Source: Candidatus Poribacteria bacterium | GTDB taxonomy: Bacteria; Poribacteria; WGA-4E; PCPOR2b | Length of the DNA: 64,000 nt | Direction: 5' to 3' | Assembly (NCBI GenBank): GCA_022822005.1 | Contig: JAJECO010000095.1 | Location: forward strand, 360-64,359 | In this document: positions 1 to 8,427 of the stretch, piece after piece | How positions within the stretch are numbered: position 1 is the stretch's first letter | How the letters are laid out: each line of letters begins with the position of its first letter | Position numbers and translations under genes: made by a program | The notes under the pieces: generated by a model | Told to the model about the DNA's origin: nothing | The model's database searches: none | The model's input: only the letters and a program-made list of their open reading frames with translations

Positions 1-64
1 TAATTCTTATAGAAGCGCACCAATTAGAATACACACTTTTGTTAATTAGATTCGTTTTTGCTTC

Positions 65-93
65 TTGACAAGACTTTGTGACTATGATAGAAT
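65..93 (+). promoter_or_regulatory. sigma70-type promoter of the 16-kb operon
   Basis: TTGACA (65-70), 17-nt spacer, TAGAAT (88-93) with extended -10 TG at 85-86. Confidence 0.8.
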
Positions 94-160
94 CTGACAA
101 ATCTACGCCAGATAGCATATTATGTGCCGGTCAGCACACAAAAAAATCGGAGGAGTCACC

Positions 161-3100
161 ATGATCATTAAGAGGTATTTCTACATCATTATATGGCTTT
201 GCATCTTTGCATTACTATCTCCACATGCGGATTCTGCTGTTGATGAGCAGCTATCCGTGGGGCTTTCGGAGGCGGCAGTCAAAATCGTTGACAAAGTCGA
301 TATTGGTCGAATGCGAAAAGATATTGCTCGGCTATCTAATCTTCCCACCCGCGTTACTGGCTACGACGAAGCTGCGTCAGGCAGTAAATATATCTTTGAT
401 CAATTTGTCGAAATTGGTCTGCAAAACGTCGAGAGCCGTGAATTCCCTGTTTCCGTTCCGATAGACCACGGCGACGGGAAGGTAGAAATTCTCTCCGAAG
501 ATCAGACGCTCCTGAAGACTTACCGAATTTGGTCCATCTGGCCCAACCTTGTTCGTACCTCCTTCCTGCCCAACGGTGTCTCCCATCTGGTAGTTAGTGG
601 CGAAACCCTTGAGGACATTGCAAAATCCTACCAAGTTGCCCCGGAATCCATTTTAGCTGACCCGCATAACCAATACCTCCGAGACCAAGCAACCGATGGC
701 AGTGACAACGATGATGATGGTGAGATTGACGAACCGGGCGAACTTGTACTGGTAGAAGGCAACTCGCTTTTTATCCCCACGGGTGGACTGACTGCGCCTC
801 TCTTTTACGGCGGAAGTGGTGAACTCTCCTCGTTCAACGGGAAAGATGTGGGCGGCTTCTGGCACAAAGTCCAACCGAATGATACGCTGGCGGACCTCGC
901 TCACCGGTTCCGTATTGGCGTAGGCAGCATCACTGACGACGTCCTTAACGGTCACCTCCAAAAGACCCAAGACGGTATTGACAACAATGAAGACGGACAG
1001 ATTGATGAATACGGCGAGATTCCCCCGCTGGCTGAGATCTTGCAATGGGATAGCGACGGCATCGACAACGACGGTGACACTTTCGTAGACGAGCGTCCCG
1101 GTGATGAAACGGATGGCATTGATAACAACAACAACGGACAGATCGATGAAGAAGGGGAGTTTATCGCGGCTTATGAATCCAGTATCTTTATCCCTCAAGG
1201 CAGCGTTGCACTCGTCGACTTCAATTCCAGCACTAAATGGATTAACGCGGCAATGCTCGGCGCGAAAGCTGTACTCTTCATCGAGCCGGAGACCACTATC
1301 CGCGGCGAGGCTGAGAACAAATTTTTGACGGTGCCTGCCAACATCCCTCGCTTCTGGATCTCGAAAGAGGATGCAGATGAACTCTTGGCTATGCTTGGTG
1401 AAGGGGGCGAGCAAACGGACGTCCCCGCTCAGAAGCTTCAGGCACGCCTCACCAGCACTATTACGTGGGAACAGCGTATTGGACAAAATATCCGTGGCTT
1501 CCTCGAAGGTGGAGACCCAACCCTGAAAGATGAGTTAGTCGTTCTCACTGGCTACTATGACTCGATGTCGGTCGTCCCCGCGATGGCACCGGGTGCTGAT
1601 CCCACCGGTGGTATCGCCACGTTGCTGGAACTTGCCCGTATCTTTAGTGAAGAGGAATTCCGACCGGGCCGTTCCCTTCTTTTTGTCGCAACGGATGCAC
1701 ACTTCCAAGGGTTAGGGGGTATGCGCGCATTTATGGAAGGGATTGGTCAGGACATTGTCGGACGGGAAGCAGATTCTCCGGGCACACCGACAATGCGCGG
1801 CTTGCGGCGCGGCTTGAGCACCGATCTTTTTGAGTTTGAGGAATTGGGACGCAAGCTACTGCTATCCATCGATCGAAATGTGTTGGTAGACCTACCCCCT
1901 GACTTTTTCCACGAGGTTCATGCACTCAAAGCAGATGTTGCCTCGCTTGCAACGACGCTCACCGACCTGCAATCAACAAAGGGAAAAATCGACTCGCTGC
2001 GGAACGCCCAACGTGAGGCAAAAGAGAAAGAGAAGAAGAAGTTAGAAACAACCAAAAAACGGGAGAAACAGGGATTCACCGAAGAGGAGAAATCCCGACT
2101 TGAGGTTAACCTTGCAAAGTTCAAGAAGGACGCACTGCAGACCACCCAATTCCTTCAATCAATGCTGCAACGCACGCTAAACTTGCGCACACAGGCATTG
2201 GCAGAGTGCCGCGAAACCCAGCGAGATCTGATTGAACAGATCGCCTTACCGATGGCTCGGTTGGATGTATGGGCAATCGATAAACTGGAAGCAGATTTGG
2301 CAGCAAAACGGATTGAAGGGAAATATGTGCAAACACCGGACAGCAGCTATCTCGTGCCGAGGGAAAGGGAGGACGAAACTTATTACTTGCCTGCCCCAAG
2401 CGACCTGCCCTCACACTTAGAGCCAGATCTTCAGCTGCTCTCAGCAAACCTACAGGATTGGGAGTTTGAAGACCCACGGAAGTTTACCCTCCAGTACGCT
2501 CACGAGAAGTTGTTAGACCGCCACCTTGACTTTAAGGGTTTAGAGCGAATTAAGTCTGCACGTAGAGTTGTCAACCGGGCTGAAAAATCCTTGGAAGCCT
2601 ATATCGAAGAGGAACGACGACTCCTCGAACGTACCCTCGAAACCATTCCCGCGAGCAGCGACTCAGAAGATCTTATCAGAAATGCCATCACCCAGTTGGG
2701 TGCCAAACCTGATCATGTCCCCGATGGTTTTGTCGATGAGCTAAAACTCTTCCTCAACGAATCGACCCTCAAGCAGTTCGATATTGTCCAGACCCAACTC
2801 CACCAGAAATTGGAGATGATGGATCCGACAGGGGGAACAGCGACATCGCGAGAGTTAGACCAGATCCTCATCGATGACCTGACCAGAGATAAACAGAGTA
2901 TACTTGAAACTGCGATGCGTAACGCCCGTCTGGAGCGGTATCGAATTGAGAACCTCCTCGTACGCCATGCGACGCTGAACCGCCCTTATCTCGCGGAAGA
3001 AGCGCTGGTCCTCCGTCACTATCTGCCTGAAGACGCAGCGGACCGCGCGATGACCGTCCGAGAACAGATCTTCGGTCAGATCGAAGAACAACATCTGTTA

Positions 3101-6100
3101 GAGGTGGTGAAGAAGCGCGCCAAGAACGATATTGTCGAACTCCAGAACCTTCTGAACGTGCTTGATCGTCTCGATCGTGATCCGGACGAGGAGACCAAGA
3201 TCCTCCTGCGTGACAACCTGCTCACGATGCGTAACGCCCGATTCCGGAATCTGCAGAAACGGGTGGAAAAGATTGCACGTATCAGCGAGTCGGAATACAC
3301 TCGGAAGATTCGTTCCATCGAGCAAGCAATTGCATTGCAAGATATCTTCAACCGCTACTATACTTCGCTCTTTATCTCAATCGACCTCTCCAGCCAGAAC
3401 GACCAATTCGGCGTATTTAACAAAGGTTGGTTCTACGACCAACAACCTGAATTTGTTCTCCGCCGCGAGTTTGCGTCTATCGGCAACAAACTTGCGGAAT
3501 ACGCGGAGCAAGCTGATTTCGGTGAGCGTATCCAGAAACTATGGACGTTCACTGACGATCAGATCCGCCAAGCGGTGATGAATACCCAGTGGGTAGTTGC
3601 AGCGGGTATCGACCCGAAAAGAGCGATTGAAGGAAAGAGTCTGGAGAGTTTAGTCACTGAACATTACGCAACGCTGGTCGGACTTTCCGGGGTCTCGCGA
3701 CTGATGAAGATGCAGTTTGAACAGATGAGAAATCAGGGTGAGCCTTCGGAGGATATGTTGAAGGATATGGACTACATCCGCAAGGAGGTCGAGCGATTCA
3801 TCCGAAACGACATCCGGGAGGCGCGGAAGAACCGCAAGAATAGGGTTCGTCTGCTCAATCGGCTGGATGCGATGCTTGCCTTACGTTATGAGGATCCGTC
3901 GGAATTTACCCAAGACGAGGTCGATGATATTAAAGCACTCATTAACATCGCGGGTTTTGGCGGTGAGACCAACTTTGTCAACGCAATCTCTGCCAGTGGC
4001 GGTAAGATTTGGAAGACCTACATCCCCGGAAAGATCGCTTTTGATAGCGAGGTGGCGACCCTCACCGGCTTTACGGGCATTGCTTTTGCCACGATTGACG
4101 ATGCACGTGTGCTTACGGATACCCCGCTCGACACAATTGACCGCATGGACCTGCGTAGAGACGGTGCCTTACACAAGCAGGCGAAAACCCTCGCCGCCAT
4201 TCTTATCCAAGGAATGCGCGACCCGAAGATGCCTACCGCCGCCCGGGTGGGTAACTTCTACTGCAACCTATTTGGCGATGTAGTTGAATATGATGCACGT
4301 GAGAGCGCACTACCAAACAAACCGGTGGAGCATCCTATCCTCGCTCTGCGGAGTCAGCACAAAACCATGATGGGCGTACGCGGTGATCTCATCGCAATGG
4401 GAGATAACAAAGGAAACTTTGAGGTCGCGGGGCTTGCAATGGAGGGACGCGCCACTATCCGCCTCAAAGGAACGCAAGAGGTGGAAGCCTATATCCTCGA
4501 CTCCGATTCTGGGGATATTGTCTACGCACCGGATCTCGGAAACTTTGGTGCAAAACTTTTGCCGAACCTGGTCCCGATCAACACCCACCGCCGCGGCTGT
4601 CGAATTGTGGTTTTCCCCTGTGTGTCAACCACCATCTACGATCTTGTGGATCAGCGCTATCTACGGACACTTCGTGAACTGGAGGTTTTTGATGCTGCCA
4701 GCGACAGCCCACCGGAAAAATATGGCGTATCAAAGCCGTGGCAACAAGAAGGCGTCTCAGCGACCGAGCCAATCGCGCTCGTCTATTCAGAGCCTAACAG
4801 CCGTATCAAGGTTGGTATGGCATACGGACAGATTGGCAAACGGTTACTATTGATTAAAGCGAGCAAGAGTGGGACGAAGAATCCAACGCTTTATACGGGC
4901 GAAGGATTTGTTGTGCGTGAAAACGGGAGTATTCGTGTGACACCATACGTTGTTGTCCGCGACATGTGGTGGCTCGATGAGAACCGGGCGAGTTTGTATA
5001 AACGGTTCGGTATTAGCAGCGATCGACTCGACCAACTCCACCAATTTGCGAACGAACATCTGAATCAGGCGGAGGCCGCCCTTACGCAAAAAGACTATCA
5101 GCAGGCGCTCAAGCTGGCTCGTGCCGCGTGGGGATATGAATCTCGTGCGTATCCCGATGTGAAGAAAACAGGCAATGATGTGGTCAACGGCGTGATGTTT
5201 TACCTTGCCCTTCTGATCCCATTTGCTTACTTTATGGAACGGTTAATATTCGCCTTCCCAACGGTCCAAAAACAGATTATGGGGACAGCTGCAATCTTCC
5301 TCGTAGTATTTTTCTTCTTGGCACAGGTGCATCCCGCTTTCCAGATCACCACAACGCCGGTGATCATCCTGATTGCGTTTGTCGTCCTTGCGTTGACGGC
5401 CATTGTTATCAGTATCATCGTCCGAAAATTTGAAGAACAGGTGGAAAAAATCAAGCAGGAAGGATCAAAGGTGTACAAGGCGGACGTGGGGCGTTTGTCT
5501 GCCTCCGCTGCCGCTTTCAGCCTGGGTATTTCCAACATGCGGAAGCGGAAGGGGCGCACCATTCTGACCTGTAGTACGCTGGTTATCCTCACCTTCACGG
5601 TTATCTCGTTTACGTCGGTGCGTACATTTATGCACCCCAACAGCACCAACCTACCGTCAGTAACACCGCGATACACCGGAATGCTTATCCGAGATCAGTA
5701 TTGGAATCCACTTGAGGAACCGGTTGTAAACTCGATTACAAATGATTTACGAAAGACCCAGATCCCCGAAAAGGACCTGCGGCTGCTACTGAAGAAGCGG
5801 TTGGGACAGGAAGGTAAATCTGGAGAGCAGATTGACACAGAAATTGAGGCAATCATAGCCCAATTACGCCAGCAGGAGACATTGGTCGAATTAGGTGAAG
5901 GCTCTGTCCTGCGAGTGCACAACATTGTCGCACCACGTGCGTGGTATCAATCTGCGGGAACAGGCGATCAGTCATTTGTCCAGCTTCAGCGTACCCCCAA
6001 TTTGCAAGATCCTGTACCGCCTGTCAACACGACTACCGGTCAACCGAAGACCTATTCCGCTACTATGCTGGTCGGGATGAGTCAAGACGAACCCGGTGTC

Positions 6101-7576
6101 ACGGGGATTGACCGCTACCTACAATATGGTCGATGGTATCATCCGGACGATGAAGCGGAGTGGCCTACGCAATGGCCCTACGCCTGTGTCCTCCCGAAAG
6201 GCATGGCAGACCTACTCGGCATTACCGAAGCCGATATGGGCAAAGCGACCGTATCCGTATATGGTGCGGACTTCACCGTTACTGGCGTACTCGGTATTGG
6301 CTTCAAAGACCTACAGGATAACGATGGCGAGGAACTGACACCTGTTGACTACCAACTGATGCAGCAGCAGGAAGCTCGAGGCGGCGGTGCAGGTGGACAG
6401 AACCAAGCCATGGAAGGTGAGTTGGAGAAATATATTCATCTGCCTCCTGACGCTGTGGCTATCCTTCCGTATGATGTAGTGATGAATCAGGGCGGGACGC
6501 TACGATCCGTCGCTGTGAACATGGAAGCACAACCTGGCGATCCAACAATCTTCAGTGCGGCAGATAAACTGGATCTGATCATGGCACCCTTGATGAATCG
6601 AATCGCACTTGACTTTTTTGTTGGGAAAGATCGGGATACCTACCTCTACAGCTCAATCGGAATGACCTCATTCTCTGGGATGGGCAACCTGTTCATACCG
6701 ATCTTGATTGCATCGCTGATTGTCTTGAACACGATGCTTGGTGCGGTCTACGAGCGGGTCCGTGAAATCAGCATCTACAGTTCTGTCGGGCTTGCTCCTG
6801 TGCATATCGCCTTCCTGTTCCTCGCAGAGGCGTGCGTGTATGCGATAGTTGGTGCTGTGCTTGGCTACCTGCTCGGACAGGCTGTCGCAACCGTCCTCGT
6901 TAAGTTTGGTTTACTCGCTGGACTGACGCTCAACTACTCCTCGATGTCAACGGTCGTGGCAACCATCATCGTGATGATCGTCGTGATCGGAAGCACACTG
7001 TATCCCGCAATTAAAGCAAGTCGTATGGCAGTACCTGACATCGAACGGAAATGGCAGTTGCCGGAACCTGAAGGCGATGAGTGGCACTTCGATCTCCCCT
7101 TCACTGTGTTAGCAGAAGAATCACTCGGCCTGAATATCTTCATGCGCGACTACTTTGAGGCGCATGCAGACGAATCTGCAAGTGACTTCTATACGGATCA
7201 GGTCGCTTTTGGTCGAACGCCTGTAGAAGTGGAAGGGAAGGAGGAAGAAGCCTACAACATCAGTATGATGGTGTGGCTCGCTCCTTATGATCTCGGTGTC
7301 AGCCAGTCCATTCGACTTGTCACCTCACCGGTCGGCGGCGAAGAGGAAGAGTTGTATAAGATTCACCTCGATGTCCATCGTGAGAGCGGGGAGATCGCCT
7401 CATGGAAGCGCGTCAATCGCCGTTTCCTGAACCTTGTCCGAAAACAGTTGCTAATCTGGCGGACGTTCAGTGCGGATATCCGCGGTGAGTTCCACGAGCG
7501 TGGACGACAAGAGAGCGAAACGGAAGATGCTCCGGGCGTTGGTGGTCTGGCTGCTCAACCAGTACCGGCAGACTAA
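161..7576 (+). CDS. Giant envelope protein: degenerate M28 peptidase/PA domain with LysM inserts fused to a MacB/FtsX-like ABC permease
   Basis: ATG 161 follows GGAGGAG (ORF track starts at 122). Has a signal peptide, M28-like segments (TRVTGY, GYYDS..APGADP, AHFQGLGG, IDLSS, DTPLD), two LysM-like motifs and DGIDNxxDGxIDE repeats. About 7 C-terminal TM segments include the FtsX signature NTMLGAVYERVREISIYSSVGLAP. Confidence 0.85.
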   Translation: MIIKRYFYIIIWLCIFALLSPHADSAVDEQLSVGLSEAAVKIVDKVDIGRMRKDIARLSNLPTRVTGYDEAASGSKYIFDQFVEIGLQNVESREFPVSVPIDHGDGKVEILSEDQTLLKTYRIWSIWPNLVRTSFLPNGVSHLVVSGETLEDIAKSYQVAPESILADPHNQYLRDQATDGSDNDDDGEIDEPGELVLVEGNSLFIPTGGLTAPLFYGGSGELSSFNGKDVGGFWHKVQPNDTLADLAHRFRIGVGSITDDVLNGHLQKTQDGIDNNEDGQIDEYGEIPPLAEILQWDSDGIDNDGDTFVDERPGDETDGIDNNNNGQIDEEGEFIAAYESSIFIPQGSVALVDFNSSTKWINAAMLGAKAVLFIEPETTIRGEAENKFLTVPANIPRFWISKEDADELLAMLGEGGEQTDVPAQKLQARLTSTITWEQRIGQNIRGFLEGGDPTLKDELVVLTGYYDSMSVVPAMAPGADPTGGIATLLELARIFSEEEFRPGRSLLFVATDAHFQGLGGMRAFMEGIGQDIVGREADSPGTPTMRGLRRGLSTDLFEFEELGRKLLLSIDRNVLVDLPPDFFHEVHALKADVASLATTLTDLQSTKGKIDSLRNAQREAKEKEKKKLETTKKREKQGFTEEEKSRLEVNLAKFKKDALQTTQFLQSMLQRTLNLRTQALAECRETQRDLIEQIALPMARLDVWAIDKLEADLAAKRIEGKYVQTPDSSYLVPREREDETYYLPAPSDLPSHLEPDLQLLSANLQDWEFEDPRKFTLQYAHEKLLDRHLDFKGLERIKSARRVVNRAEKSLEAYIEEERRLLERTLETIPASSDSEDLIRNAITQLGAKPDHVPDGFVDELKLFLNESTLKQFDIVQTQLHQKLEMMDPTGGTATSRELDQILIDDLTRDKQSILETAMRNARLERYRIENLLVRHATLNRPYLAEEALVLRHYLPEDAADRAMTVREQIFGQIEEQHLLEVVKKRAKNDIVELQNLLNVLDRLDRDPDEETKILLRDNLLTMRNARFRNLQKRVEKIARISESEYTRKIRSIEQAIALQDIFNRYYTSLFISIDLSSQNDQFGVFNKGWFYDQQPEFVLRREFASIGNKLAEYAEQADFGERIQKLWTFTDDQIRQAVMNTQWVVAAGIDPKRAIEGKSLESLVTEHYATLVGLSGVSRLMKMQFEQMRNQGEPSEDMLKDMDYIRKEVERFIRNDIREARKNRKNRVRLLNRLDAMLALRYEDPSEFTQDEVDDIKALINIAGFGGETNFVNAISASGGKIWKTYIPGKIAFDSEVATLTGFTGIAFATIDDARVLTDTPLDTIDRMDLRRDGALHKQAKTLAAILIQGMRDPKMPTAARVGNFYCNLFGDVVEYDARESALPNKPVEHPILALRSQHKTMMGVRGDLIAMGDNKGNFEVAGLAMEGRATIRLKGTQEVEAYILDSDSGDIVYAPDLGNFGAKLLPNLVPINTHRRGCRIVVFPCVSTTIYDLVDQRYLRTLRELEVFDAASDSPPEKYGVSKPWQQEGVSATEPIALVYSEPNSRIKVGMAYGQIGKRLLLIKASKSGTKNPTLYTGEGFVVRENGSIRVTPYVVVRDMWWLDENRASLYKRFGISSDRLDQLHQFANEHLNQAEAALTQKDYQQALKLARAAWGYESRAYPDVKKTGNDVVNGVMFYLALLIPFAYFMERLIFAFPTVQKQIMGTAAIFLVVFFFLAQVHPAFQITTTPVIILIAFVVLALTAIVISIIVRKFEEQVEKIKQEGSKVYKADVGRLSASAAAFSLGISNMRKRKGRTILTCSTLVILTFTVISFTSVRTFMHPNSTNLPSVTPRYTGMLIRDQYWNPLEEPVVNSITNDLRKTQIPEKDLRLLLKKRLGQEGKSGEQIDTEIEAIIAQLRQQETLVELGEGSVLRVHNIVAPRAWYQSAGTGDQSFVQLQRTPNLQDPVPPVNTTTGQPKTYSATMLVGMSQDEPGVTGIDRYLQYGRWYHPDDEAEWPTQWPYACVLPKGMADLLGITEADMGKATVSVYGADFTVTGVLGIGFKDLQDNDGEELTPVDYQLMQQQEARGGGAGGQNQAMEGELEKYIHLPPDAVAILPYDVVMNQGGTLRSVAVNMEAQPGDPTIFSAADKLDLIMAPLMNRIALDFFVGKDRDTYLYSSIGMTSFSGMGNLFIPILIASLIVLNTMLGAVYERVREISIYSSVGLAPVHIAFLFLAEACVYAIVGAVLGYLLGQAVATVLVKFGLLAGLTLNYSSMSTVVATIIVMIVVIGSTLYPAIKASRMAVPDIERKWQLPEPEGDEWHFDLPFTVLAEESLGLNIFMRDYFEAHADESASDFYTDQVAFGRTPVEVEGKEEEAYNISMMVWLAPYDLGVSQSIRLVTSPVGGEEEELYKIHLDVHRESGEIASWKRVNRRFLNLVRKQLLIWRTFSADIRGEFHERGRQESETEDAPGVGGLAAQPVPAD

Positions 7577-7599
7577 AACGTGATGAGTGAAACGTGAAA
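7577..7599. repeat. Left tandem heptamer array (AAACGTG-type)
   Basis: aaacgtg atgagtg aaacgtg aa directly after the stop codon of the giant gene. Confidence 0.8.
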
Positions 7600-7632
7600 A
7601 CTACACCATAATATAGCAAGAAGTGTAGTCAG

Positions 7633-7994
7633 ATGAACTATGAAGAGTGGGAAGATTCGGTTTCTGCTGAAATCACTAACGATTCTTTATGGAAGATAGA
7701 GGCTTATCGTTTGGGGTTGTTTGCCGCGGCTGTGGGGTGGCATGATGCAACTAAGCTGATGCAGGATAAACGTACGCTTGGGTTGTCAGATCAATTCTAT
7801 CGATCGCTTGGTTCTCTCAGCGCGAATCTCGCCGAAAGCTATTCACGCGGTACAGGCAGGGACCGCGCTCGCTTCTATGAATACGTACTTGGTTCCGCTA
7901 GAGAGAGCCGAGAAAGGGCTGGTGCGTGAAACCGACCCACACATATAAAACGGAGAACACGGATCTTATTTTGTAGAACGTTTCTTTCTTTTAA
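7633..7994 (+). pseudogene. Four-helix-bundle (TIGR02436/PF05635-like) pseudogene, deleted copy of 14326-14796
   Basis: First ~94 aa nearly match the 14326 copy (SANLAE.YSRGTGRDRARFYEY.LGSARESR). An internal deletion follows; the out-of-frame tail HTYKTENTDLIL*NVSFF* matches YTYKMENMNPILQNIPFS*. Confidence 0.85.
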
Positions 7995-8014
7995 TCACGC
8001 ATCACGTTTCACGT
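7995..8014. repeat. Right (inverted) heptamer array
   Basis: tcacgcatcacgtttcacgt; its reverse complement matches the left array (aaacgtgatg.gtga, 14/15). Confidence 0.8.
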
Positions 8015-8034
8015 AAAGGAGAAAAACAGAATCA

Positions 8035-8202
8035 ATGGAAAAATTAGCATACGTCTTAATTTTTGTCGGTGCCCTTTTATGGGTGTTCTCGATTTTCGCT
8101 ATGGGAGGTAGATGGCAGGTACAGCTACTCGCTGCCCTAATTCTCATGGTTGGAATTATCATCGCCCACGTTTGGGAAGAGCTTTACCGAGAAAAAAAAT
8201 AA
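8035..8202 (+). CDS. 55-aa two-TM membrane protein (not in ORF track)
   Basis: AAGGAG upstream; MEKLAYVLIFVGALLWVFSIFAMGGRWQVQLLAALILMVGIIIAHVWEELYREKK*; two hydrophobic stretches and a charged tail; lies within the operon. Confidence 0.7.
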   Translation: MEKLAYVLIFVGALLWVFSIFAMGGRWQVQLLAALILMVGIIIAHVWEELYREKK

Positions 8203-8208
8203 CGGGCT

Positions 8209-8409
8209 CGTGAACCGTGAGAAAAGATTGCTTTGAATCTCCCGATTTCGCTCTATTATTTTGAGTAGGAAACAACCATTGTCGTTCTTACGAAATCGTG
8301 GATTCACGATTTGGTCAAGTTTTAGCCCCTGAAACAAACCAAATTGGAACCGATCTTATCAAGGTGGGTATCTCTCCATTCTGAGAGTCTTGGACCTCAC
8401 GTTTTACGT
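8209..8409. repeat. Heptamer-bracketed non-coding insert with central hairpin
   Basis: cgtgaaccgtga (8209-8220) and tcacgttttacgt (8397-8409) flank a segment containing the perfect hairpin aaatcgtg-gatt-cacgattt (8293-8312). Confidence 0.5.
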
Positions 8410-8427
8410 CCTGAAAGGAGCATAAAT

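Noticed and set aside
122-160. ORF-track start extensions (122, 8344, 14299, 15229, 19293, 35658, 37386, 52094)
   Set aside because: Downstream starts have better RBS, match paralogue N-termini or restore signal peptides; the extensions overlap repeats or neighbouring genes
207-7143. Short overlapping or antisense ORFs within the giant gene and other long CDSs
   Set aside because: No RBS, no family motifs, fully nested in well-supported genes
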